A DNA stretch of 64,000 bases, taken from a virus. A model generated the notes under the pieces. That model saw only the letters and a list, made by a program, of their open reading frames with translations. It had not been told where the DNA came from and made no database searches. Both the position numbers and the translations under genes were made by a program. The DNA is taken from IMG/VR virus record IMGVR_UViG_3300042691_033239, positions 5,650 to 69,649 of that record; one strand, given 5' to 3'. Shown here piece by piece: positions 10,247-19,072 of the stretch (its first letter is position 1; each line of letters begins with the position of its first letter).

Positions 10247-10849
10247 TTACTTTCTAACTCTTTTCTGTGAAAACTTCTTGACCATTTCCTGTTCGATTCT
10301 AGATAAAAGGCCGCTCATGAATTTTTCATCAGACATAAGTTTGTCGGCAAGATTAGCTTCCGCTGCTTCTATTTCCTGTTCTGCCCAAGCCAAAATTTTA
10401 TCATTGTTCGCCTCTATTTCACCGCGAAGTTCCGATTCAACCGCTTCCATTTCTTGCTCTGCCCAAGATAACGTTTTATCTCTGGTCGTATCTAATTCTT
10501 TACTGGTGAAATCCTTAGCTTTCTCAAAGTCCTTATCACTTGATTTTTTATCAAGCAAAGAAGCCTGAGCTACAGCACTATCATAAGCCGTCGCGCTTGC
10601 ACCCTTCAATCCAGTATCTTTTCCAGTCTGAAATTCAAAATCATCTTCTTTCTGTCTGCGAATTGAATCGTAATCCTCATTTTCACCAGCAGGACGACCA
10701 GTCTGCATAGATGCCATTTTTTTAGGGTCTATCCCTTTCATTCTATTATACAAATTCTGAATAAACTGTTCGTTCATTCCCATTGCTTTTGCTTCTTGAA
10801 GAATCAAGCGGTCAATATCTGTCAATCTCAACTTCTTAGTTGCGGTCAT
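10247..10849 (-). CDS. hypothetical helical protein, possible internal head protein
   Basis: ATG at 10849 with GGAG SD; N-terminus LRLTDIDRLILQEA; internal repeat DKxLxWAEQE. Confidence 0.7.
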   Translation of the reverse strand: MTATKKLRLTDIDRLILQEAKAMGMNEQFIQNLYNRMKGIDPKKMASMQTGRPAGENEDYDSIRRQKEDDFEFQTGKDTGLKGASATAYDSAVAQASLLDKKSSDKDFEKAKDFTSKELDTTRDKTLSWAEQEMEAVESELRGEIEANNDKILAWAEQEIEAAEANLADKLMSDEKFMSGLLSRIEQEMVKKFSQKRVRK

Positions 10850-10889
10850 TATTTTAGTAATCTCCAATAATATAATTTATTTAGCTCAA

Positions 10890-10928
10890 AAATAAATATA
10901 GCCAAGCAAAGGTAAAATGCTCGGCCAT
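10890..10928 (-). terminator. intrinsic terminator
   Basis: Minus strand ATGGCCGAGCA-loop-TGCTTGGCTAT followed by ATTTATTTTT, downstream of 10959..11360. Confidence 0.6.
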
Positions 10929-10958
10929 ACAATTTTATTCCATATCAATAGAAAACTA

Positions 10959-11360
10959 TTAGAATGTGAATGATCCGGATGTTCCATTTTCTGTTCCGTC
11001 ATTTCCTGCGTTCCATCCGTAAGAATCAGAAACGAAGAAGAATTCTCTTGAAAATAAAGAACCAGAAAGATTTACCGCTGTGGATGCACCATTGATTGCA
11101 TATGTTCCAGAAACGCCTACCGCAGTTGTCGTTTTACCTACATTCACAATCGTTACCTTCTGACCTGGTGTTGGATCTACAGGTAATACCACTAAGCAAC
11201 TTGGCGTTACAAAGCAATATGTTTCTGTTGTCAATGATCCTGTTGCTAATGCCGCCACAGACGCAAATGAATTCTGCGCAGTTGCAGTAATTACAAATAA
11301 ATCTTCAGCACTCTGCGTAGTAATTACACCTTTTGAACCAATTTCTGTTTTTAATCCCAT
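10959..11360 (-). CDS. probable head decoration/fibre protein
   Basis: T/S/G-rich and beta-prone, LPVDPTPGQKVTIVN motif, located just downstream of the capsid locus. Confidence 0.55.
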   Translation of the reverse strand: MGLKTEIGSKGVITTQSAEDLFVITATAQNSFASVAALATGSLTTETYCFVTPSCLVVLPVDPTPGQKVTIVNVGKTTTAVGVSGTYAINGASTAVNLSGSLFSREFFFVSDSYGWNAGNDGTENGTSGSFTF

Positions 11361-11442
11361 CCCATTTACCGTCTCCCATCCTTAATTGTTAAGTCAATAT
11401 GCTATTAAATAGATTCATTGTTGACAATTCATATTTAATGGA

Positions 11443-13896
11443 TCATTGTATATGTTTATTAGAGAGTATAAAAATATGTTCATACTTAGAATTTGACTTA
11501 TCGCCAAAGTGATTTGTATTTAACATTAATTTATATTCATCCTCTATAAACCAATTTTTATGATTATTCAATATTACATTTATCATATCTTTTCCTATGG
11601 TTTTCTTACCTAGTGAATATTTTGATATATTTAGAATTATTCTTGAGTCTGGTGCCATAAGAACATTCATATTATCAACTACTTTCTTCCACCAAACATT
11701 AATGAATGTATCATATTTATAATCACTCAAAGCAATTGACTGGCCTTCCATAGATAAATGATCGTATATCTCTGTGTCAAAATAAGGCGGGGAAGAAAAA
11801 CATAATTTAAATTTACCTATAAATTTAGGATCAATGTAATCTAACATTTTTTCTGCGCCAACTGAATACATATGTAATCTGTCGATATGAATATCCTCAA
11901 TTTTTTGATTATCTATTAAAAATCTATGCATAGAATTAATAGAATCAATATTTGATCTCCACGGATCAAATCCAACATATGTTAAATTTTTATCTAATAA
12001 AGACATTGCGCCAAGATAACGATGACCAAATCCAGATGATATATCCAGAACATTATCATTTTTACTGGCAAATTTATCATATATAGATTTAGCAAATAAA
12101 GGATCAAATACGCTTATATTCGCACCCCTCATCACTTTCATTGCCCCACGAATCATTGCTCCACTTATGCCAAAATACTCTTTGTTATATGTAATATGCA
12201 TTCTATTGTGAATGACATCCATTAGATCTTTATCACTATTGAATATCTCTATAAATGATTTTCCATTTTTTTTCTTTGTATCGTAATATTGAGGAGAAAA
12301 ATGATACACAAAATTCCTACCATGATTATGAACCCCTTTATAGCACATACTATTATCATTATCTTTATAATATTGATAATCTTTAAAATTACTTACATTA
12401 TCAAATTCCTTAGATAATTCACCGCCAGATAACTTAATGTATGGAAATCCATATTCTCTATAAAAATCAAATACATTATCCGCAACTAATTTTCTGTCAT
12501 TAATATCAAGCAATCTATCTTTCACAAATTTAGCGTCTAATTTATTTTCAAAATAATTAATATGTTTATTTGTTCCATATTCGGACTCAAGGCAATGAAT
12601 ATTTTTGTTTATGAAGACATTATCAAATTCATATAAATTATTTTCATTTTTAAGAATTTTCTTACCCGACTTTTTGCTTTTTATAACTCTATACTTAGTT
12701 GAAGTATCTTTAAAAAATAATTTTCCTGCATTAATTTTATCAATCTCTTCCTTGCTGAATCTCGCCTTTATCTCTATTACTTCATCATTATCCCTACTAT
12801 AAAAATCTGGAATGTATATTTTATTATCATAAGGTATTCTGAAATTGTGGATCTTTGAATATGATCTATTGCTTTCGATACAATTATGAAGAAACATTGA
12901 TTCCCATCTACTATGCATAAATTCTTTCTGTTCGCTAAATGGATTATATAGCCATTCAGTAAGATATAACTTACTCGCCAAATCTCCGTTATTTATCCTT
13001 CTGATCGTATGCTCTCTCGCAATATTCCTTCTCTCTTCATTGTCTATCCATGACTTCAGTGCGGATTGAGATTGCTTCTCTCTAGTTTCAATTGTTCTAG
13101 ACTTTCCGTAAGAATAGGATTTCTCACCACATAAAGGCTCTTTGCCTGTCAAAGAATTATGCCCAACAATATATTGATTAAATCTTCTCAGCAATTCTGA
13201 ATAATTAGTTTCTTTGCCGCAGCCACATTTACACAAGGGAGGCTTACCATCATAAACACTATGAATGAGATAATCTTCATAAGAATCGATTTGATGATAA
13301 TCTTTAATATGATTTTCAAATATTTTAAAACTTCCAATGATATTTAGATTGCATATTTTACATACTCTGTATGTTTCTACTTTCTCTGATTTTGGATAAT
13401 AAAAATTAACAGTGTTCTTATCGTAATGCGATAAATGATTAGCCAAAGATCTTTTAGAATCAAATGATCTTCCGCATATTTTACATACATAAAAACCTAG
13501 CTCGCCACTACTATGTTCTTTTGCATAATTTACTAATAAATTGGAAAATAGTATTTTTAAATGATGAATTGACCAATCTATAGATTTGATCATTTTTATT
13601 CTTCTTCTTGCCAATGATAAATGGCTTGGCTGCCTATCCTTACTAAATCCTTGAATATTTGAATTATGACCATTTACATATTCATTATACTCTTTATTTG
13701 ATTTATGCCATAGAACTTTCTCATCACATCCACATTTACATAGAGGAATATTATTGTTAAAATAATGTTTTAATGTATATTCTTCCATTGTCATTTTATG
13801 AAAATTAGACAAATGCATACCCAAAGATCTTTTATTATTTTCCAATATAGATCTTCCACACTCTAAACATGTATCTCCATAATTTATTTTATTCAT
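11443..13896 (-). CDS. Zn-finger / PD-(D/E)xK endonuclease / amino-DNA-methyltransferase fusion
   Basis: C2H2-like CxxC...H fingers and two PLCKCGC motifs; NUMOD3-like GKSRTIETREKQS; SRWE...YIPDFY...IEIK nuclease; VLDISSGFGHR (SAM binding) and FSSPPY (catalytic). Likely start is the ATG at 13896. Confidence 0.8.
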   Translation of the reverse strand: MNKINYGDTCLECGRSILENNKRSLGMHLSNFHKMTMEEYTLKHYFNNNIPLCKCGCDEKVLWHKSNKEYNEYVNGHNSNIQGFSKDRQPSHLSLARRRIKMIKSIDWSIHHLKILFSNLLVNYAKEHSSGELGFYVCKICGRSFDSKRSLANHLSHYDKNTVNFYYPKSEKVETYRVCKICNLNIIGSFKIFENHIKDYHQIDSYEDYLIHSVYDGKPPLCKCGCGKETNYSELLRRFNQYIVGHNSLTGKEPLCGEKSYSYGKSRTIETREKQSQSALKSWIDNEERRNIAREHTIRRINNGDLASKLYLTEWLYNPFSEQKEFMHSRWESMFLHNCIESNRSYSKIHNFRIPYDNKIYIPDFYSRDNDEVIEIKARFSKEEIDKINAGKLFFKDTSTKYRVIKSKKSGKKILKNENNLYEFDNVFINKNIHCLESEYGTNKHINYFENKLDAKFVKDRLLDINDRKLVADNVFDFYREYGFPYIKLSGGELSKEFDNVSNFKDYQYYKDNDNSMCYKGVHNHGRNFVYHFSPQYYDTKKKNGKSFIEIFNSDKDLMDVIHNRMHITYNKEYFGISGAMIRGAMKVMRGANISVFDPLFAKSIYDKFASKNDNVLDISSGFGHRYLGAMSLLDKNLTYVGFDPWRSNIDSINSMHRFLIDNQKIEDIHIDRLHMYSVGAEKMLDYIDPKFIGKFKLCFSSPPYFDTEIYDHLSMEGQSIALSDYKYDTFINVWWKKVVDNMNVLMAPDSRIILNISKYSLGKKTIGKDMINVILNNHKNWFIEDEYKLMLNTNHFGDKSNSKYEHIFILSNKHIQ

Positions 13897-13954
13897 AAAC
13901 AAAACTCTCTTATTGACACTTAACATTATCATGGACATTGAAAAATCACAAGGC

Positions 13955-13990
13955 AAAAACGAAGAAAGCGGCCATAAAGACCGCTTTCCC
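13955..13990 (-). terminator. intrinsic terminator after major capsid gene
   Basis: GAAAGCGGT-CTTTATG-GCCGCTTTC followed by TTCGTTTTT on the minus strand. Confidence 0.85.
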
Positions 13991-14028
13991 TAAGAATTAT
14001 CTAAGAGTTCACTCCTAGTAGTTATGGC

Positions 14029-16047
14029 TTAGAATACGTTCATATCAAGAACATGAACTCTTCCATAGTAATCCGCACGGAGCATCTTCTTACCATATCT
14101 TGTCATAACACCCTTTCTTGGCGTGAAATCTTCTGTATCATACAATGTTGGTGTGATGATAAGAGGAACATAAGGAGCATAAACATAACCTGTTTCCAAC
14201 CATGTTTGTCCCTTGAATCCAACAAGAATCTGGTTAGGTACAAAGTACGGGTCTTTGTATACCACGAATCTATTGGAAAGTGATCCCATCGGCTCAACAC
14301 CAATTGACATTGGATTGCTTACCTGTCCCGCGCCGTCTACGGAGTAGTTTGGACGGTAATAGGATGAAGCTTCAAGCATTGTGGATACTGCTGGTGAAGT
14401 AACCAAGAAGTTACCTGCTCCGCGAAGAGACTTACGGTGAATTTCGTTGGAAACGTCAATAACAGTTTCGATAAGCGTTTCATACCATTCTCTCTGAGTT
14501 CCAACCTGCGTTGGTCCTGGAGCAAGCGTGCTTGAACGAAGAATTTCTTCACCAGTCAACTTATTGACAACCTTACCATTTAGACGTGACCAATAGAATA
14601 CTGCCGCCGAAGCGCCCACAAGAAGGTCATTCAAGATTTCTCTATCGACTTCAAGTGCGATCTGCTCTGAAAGAACAGATGTTAATTCAAGGTCTGCATC
14701 CAATGTGTGATATGCATTCAAGTCCTGAGCAAGTTCTGGCGACCAACGAGCACGAAGCTTACGTGTGGATGCTGTTACTGCTACAGATTCAATACGGATA
14801 TCGATTTCTGGAATTTCAGGCGTAGGCATTCCGTTTGCTGATCCCTGACGGAAATCAGATTCAAAGGTAGGTACTGCTACTGTCTGACCGTCTGCGTCAA
14901 CCGTTAATGTCGCTCTTATTGGATAAGAAGCTGAAAGAACCGGAGTTCCGTTCAACGTTGCTACACCTGGGTTTGCATCTGTAGAATCAGCGAATACGAT
15001 CAATGCGTAAACATGGTCGGTTCCGATTGTGAAGTTTACTGCCTCTTCGATATCAGCCTCAGTTACTCCATTTCCTACGATTGCAGCAGCCGTAGCTGTT
15101 GGTCCCGCAGCAAATAGCTGATTCCATCTACGATACTGAGTTACATCAGAACTTCCAGATACAGTTAATTCAGTGATCTTTGTTAAGTCACCTCTTGTCT
15201 GCTGTGAACGAGATGTTGGCGTAAATGTTCCCGGATCTGTCGTTGCAAGTGTCGTAATAATACCTGCTGTATCTCCGGCAGCTACACCACCCCAACCAGC
15301 AGGAGCAGCAACAAATCGATTTGTTGCGCCTGGTGTTGCAAGAGGATCTACGTTTGCCTGAAGCCTACGTCCATAAGATCCAGAAGAAAGGTCAAGAATT
15401 GCATAACGCAATGTTCCCAACGCTGCTGCTGTTTCAAGACGAGGATCGCCTACTAATGTTGCGAATGGCAATTCACCTACGCCAGAAGCAGTTCCAGTTA
15501 CCAATGTTCCTGTATGGGATACCTTGTATACGTTATATTCCCATGGTGAGGAATATCCCATACGGTAATCATACATACCACCTGTTCCGTCTGCACCTGC
15601 ACGAACCTTAGCTCCAAGAGGATCGCCAAAGATTGATCTATTTGCATTATATGCATTGAACCCTACATTGTTTCCATATGTAAAGTCAAGATAGAACAAT
15701 AGTCCGGAAGGAAGTGCCATGGACTGCAATGATACCAATTCATTTGCAAGCAAGCCTGCAAATACTCTACGTACCATTGGGAATGCAATATTGGAGAAAC
15801 CACGAAGAGTTCCCGAATCTGCACCCAATCCAGTTCCGATTGCGGACTGTTCCTTGATGATCTGAGCAGCCTGGTTTTCCAAAAGCTGTCCAAGAGCATT
15901 CTTAAGTGGTTCGCTTCTAAGTCCGCCTAAAAGACCCGTTGCTTCCCATTTCTGCATGATCTGCGCACTACGACGCTTTCTTTCCTGATCCGCAGTGATA
16001 ATTCCCTGTGTTACTGCCCTCATTGGGACTTCATATCTATTACTCAT
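14029..16047 (-). CDS. gp23: major capsid protein (T4 gp23-like)
   Basis: KWEATGLL, LLENQ, PMVRRVF, LPSGLLFYL, RKLRARWSPELAQDLNAYH, EVDREIL, YAPYVPL and FTPRKGVMTRYG motifs. Confidence 0.97.
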   Translation of the reverse strand: MSNRYEVPMRAVTQGIITADQERKRRSAQIMQKWEATGLLGGLRSEPLKNALGQLLENQAAQIIKEQSAIGTGLGADSGTLRGFSNIAFPMVRRVFAGLLANELVSLQSMALPSGLLFYLDFTYGNNVGFNAYNANRSIFGDPLGAKVRAGADGTGGMYDYRMGYSSPWEYNVYKVSHTGTLVTGTASGVGELPFATLVGDPRLETAAALGTLRYAILDLSSGSYGRRLQANVDPLATPGATNRFVAAPAGWGGVAAGDTAGIITTLATTDPGTFTPTSRSQQTRGDLTKITELTVSGSSDVTQYRRWNQLFAAGPTATAAAIVGNGVTEADIEEAVNFTIGTDHVYALIVFADSTDANPGVATLNGTPVLSASYPIRATLTVDADGQTVAVPTFESDFRQGSANGMPTPEIPEIDIRIESVAVTASTRKLRARWSPELAQDLNAYHTLDADLELTSVLSEQIALEVDREILNDLLVGASAAVFYWSRLNGKVVNKLTGEEILRSSTLAPGPTQVGTQREWYETLIETVIDVSNEIHRKSLRGAGNFLVTSPAVSTMLEASSYYRPNYSVDGAGQVSNPMSIGVEPMGSLSNRFVVYKDPYFVPNQILVGFKGQTWLETGYVYAPYVPLIITPTLYDTEDFTPRKGVMTRYGKKMLRADYYGRVHVLDMNVF

Positions 16048-16088
16048 AATTTTATCCTATCCTCCAGTTTATTTTGTGTTATTTTTTC

Positions 16089-18146
16089 TTACTTCGTTCC
16101 TGCTAACTGATTCCAACGAGCAAATGTATCTGTTTCAGATCTATTTGCACTTTCATTTAGCTTAGGAGAGCTAGATCCCGTAACTCGACTGGAGGAACCT
16201 GGTCTTACACGGCCCTCATTAATAGTCTGATTATTTCCCTTCTCTACTGATGCCTTGAATGCCTCAAATACCATATCCGCTTCGCGAACTGTTTTTGCTT
16301 CCTTAAGTTTACCTGCCGCAACCCTCTTCTGCTCCATTGTCAAATTAAGCTGCGTTAACTTGATTGCATGGGAAAGCTGACGATTTACAAGCTTAGCTTC
16401 CTGTAGTTTCCTTCTCAAATCTGCATTTTCTCTACGAAGAGATTCAAATGCCTTTGGTCCAGCCTTCATATCTGAAGAAGCTGCTAACTCTTCTGCTTCT
16501 ACTTCTTCTGGATCCTGAATCATCGAGTGAGATGGAAGTGGATAATCCAAATGATCCATAAATGGATCTGTCTCGCCAAAAGATGATCTTGTCCTTGGGA
16601 CTGGTGGAGTTGCTGGCGCACCTGCCCCACCCTTCTCTTCTCTCAAATTCTGCATTACCCTTTTCTTATTTCTAAGATTCTGAACTGCCTTTGCAACGTC
16701 TTTCATATCTACTTCAAATACTTGTTCTCTTGCCATTTTTTTACTTGCCTCCAAGAGCTTTCTAATTTTGCTCATTCCCTTTTCTTCAACCAATTCATTG
16801 TACTCAAATACTATATCGTCAGATTTCATTGGTCCAGTTTGACTATTTTTTGATAAAACATTTTTTGTCGCAATATGTCCGCCACCAAAATCATCAATTA
16901 CATTATTAGATTCAGAAACTACTTTTTCATCTTCCTCTTTGGAAGAATCATCTTCTTCAATTTCAAAATTTAATTCTGTATTCTCATAAATAGTGAGCGA
17001 ATTTTTTAAATCGCGATCATATTTCAAACAAATTTCATAAATGCCAGAAAATACATCTGATTTTATAGTACCTTGGCCCAATGCTTGCTTGACCGCTTCC
17101 CTTAGAGTTTGATTTTCTCTTAGAGTTTCTTGGATCGTGCCCAACTGTGTAATTCTAAGATAAGGATCTTCAGTTTCATACAATTGAGAATAAAGTGTCT
17201 CCACTCTATTAAGTTGGTCCTTTATATATGCGGAAGAGATGACCTTTTCATCTTCTTCGGCAATAATATTCTTTTTATTACGAAGGATACCCGCTGACTC
17301 TTCCGTTTGGTCTATCGTTATAAATCCATCGTCTTCTTCTTCCTCTTCTTCCCCTTCCATATCAGAAGAAATATCCTCAATATTATCCAAAGCAGCAGAA
17401 ACTCCACTCTGGCCAGAAATTTCTTCATCGTCATCATCATCTTCACTTCCAATTAAAGAATCACTGTCTGAAATTCTAATCAAATCATCCTCTGAAGATT
17501 CAATTGATGTATCAGAGTCACTTCCATCAGCCTGATCCGCTAATGATTTTACTGCACTCAAACTATCGTCAGTATCCTCAATATCATCATCGGAATCACT
17601 CATTGAAAGATCATCCGCAAATTGATTAAAATCAAAATCACTTTCTTCGTCTGATTCTTCGTCTGATTCTTCGTCATCTGCAAATTCAGATGAAAAAGGA
17701 TCTTTTTCTAGATTTACATTCATCTGCTGTGGTGGCATTTGAACAGGAACATTTGCTGCTGCATTTGCCTGCAATTCCAATACGTCTAAATCTAATACAG
17801 ATGAAGTAGGAGCAGATCCCACTACAACCGAAGTTACTTCTGGGCTTTGATACATTAATGGATTACCCGGAGCTACAACTGGCGTACTAAGACCAATTAC
17901 ATTGCCTCGACTATCTAGTGGAGATACCGGAGAATTCTGTACCGGCTGGCCTTGATATGGGAATCCCCCCGGACCCACTACCCCCAATTGTTGTTCGCTT
18001 AAACTTGAATCAGAATGATGATTAATTTTTGCATCTAAAAATTCTTTAATTTTTGGACGAAATTGCTCTACAAGTTCATTAGTAACTTTTAATTCTAATG
18101 ACTCTCTCTGCAACTTCATGTCTTTTAGTATGTCTTTATAACTCAT
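16089..18146 (-). CDS. prohead scaffolding/core protein (gp22-like position)
   Basis: Directly upstream of the major capsid gene; very acidic; C-terminal coiled coil (LQEAKLVN...AKTVREA); many [IL]xE sites. Confidence 0.75.
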   Translation of the reverse strand: MSYKDILKDMKLQRESLELKVTNELVEQFRPKIKEFLDAKINHHSDSSLSEQQLGVVGPGGFPYQGQPVQNSPVSPLDSRGNVIGLSTPVVAPGNPLMYQSPEVTSVVVGSAPTSSVLDLDVLELQANAAANVPVQMPPQQMNVNLEKDPFSSEFADDEESDEESDEESDFDFNQFADDLSMSDSDDDIEDTDDSLSAVKSLADQADGSDSDTSIESSEDDLIRISDSDSLIGSEDDDDDEEISGQSGVSAALDNIEDISSDMEGEEEEEEDDGFITIDQTEESAGILRNKKNIIAEEDEKVISSAYIKDQLNRVETLYSQLYETEDPYLRITQLGTIQETLRENQTLREAVKQALGQGTIKSDVFSGIYEICLKYDRDLKNSLTIYENTELNFEIEEDDSSKEEDEKVVSESNNVIDDFGGGHIATKNVLSKNSQTGPMKSDDIVFEYNELVEEKGMSKIRKLLEASKKMAREQVFEVDMKDVAKAVQNLRNKKRVMQNLREEKGGAGAPATPPVPRTRSSFGETDPFMDHLDYPLPSHSMIQDPEEVEAEELAASSDMKAGPKAFESLRRENADLRRKLQEAKLVNRQLSHAIKLTQLNLTMEQKRVAAGKLKEAKTVREADMVFEAFKASVEKGNNQTINEGRVRPGSSSRVTGSSSPKLNESANRSETDTFARWNQLAGTK
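17643..17675. repeat. 12-bp tandem repeat (DEES x ~3) in scaffold gene
   Basis: ttcttcgtctga repeated about 2.8 times. Confidence 0.8.
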
Positions 18147-18252
18147 ATTTTTTATTTTATAACCTTTAATACTAATTTATAAAATTATTAGTGCTATTTT
18201 GAACTTAAATATATAACTAAAACAATATACTACACGTTTGGATCAAAAAAAA

Positions 18253-18495
18253 TTACTTGTCAAAGTATTTTGGCTTCTTTTCCTTCGCTTCTCTCTTATA
18301 TCGTCTCCACATAAATTCCTTGAAAACGCCCTCTTTCTTAATCATTCTTGTCAATTTTCTCATTGCTCTTTCGAGAGCGGCCATATCATTAGGAAAATCT
18401 ACCTTAATTTCTAATGGCTGAAGATGGTCATCAAAATTTCCCTTTCTATTATCTCTCTTGTCATTCCTATCGTATCTATTTCTATTCTCTCTCAT
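18253..18495 (-). CDS. rpsU: ribosomal protein bS21 homolog (divergent)
   Basis: IKV....ALERAMRKLTRMIKKEGVFKEF..RRY matches the bS21 core. Its position among head genes is as described for bS21-encoding phages. Confidence 0.75.
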   Translation of the reverse strand: MRENRNRYDRNDKRDNRKGNFDDHLQPLEIKVDFPNDMAALERAMRKLTRMIKKEGVFKEFMWRRYKREAKEKKPKYFDK

Positions 18496-18521
18496 TTATC
18501 ACCTATTTGTTCTTGAGTTTC

Positions 18522-18995
18522 TTATTTTCTTACCATTCTTAAATTTGGTCTTGGCCTATCTGGAAATCCTGTTGATATATCTTCTGATATGGCCGCAACA
18601 TCTGGTCCCGACTTTAGCTTATCTCTCGTTAATTGATACTTATCAGACAATAAATTCTGATCATATCCTTCTGCTGCTGCTGGAATACCCTGATCACCCG
18701 CCGATCCGCCAAATGCTGACTGCGGATTCCATTCTGCTTCTCCCATTGGTTTTACTGGCTTGTTATTAACAAACTGTATTCCATCTATTCTATTAACTTC
18801 ATCTGGATAAGATGCCTGAACATCTCCACGCAACTCTTCATTCATTTGATTAGAAGATAATCCATCTCCCGCTTTCGTGGGATCAAAAACATCCAAAGAT
18901 GCAATTACTCCCGTAGAATCAGGATACATCACCACAACTCTATCATTTGCGGTTTTGATTGATAATGAAAATGGTCTTTTTTCTACTGGTGGCAT
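18522..18995 (-). CDS. hypothetical protein, probably virion-associated
   Basis: 157-aa ORF in the head cluster. Confidence 0.7.
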   Translation of the reverse strand: MPPVEKRPFSLSIKTANDRVVVMYPDSTGVIASLDVFDPTKAGDGLSSNQMNEELRGDVQASYPDEVNRIDGIQFVNNKPVKPMGEAEWNPQSAFGGSAGDQGIPAAAEGYDQNLLSDKYQLTRDKLKSGPDVAAISEDISTGFPDRPRPNLRMVRK

Positions 18996-19072
18996 ATATA
19001 CATCTATTCTCCAATCTTTATCATAATACTATTTTTCTATCTAAAAGTAAATAGTATTTTTATGATATTTTG

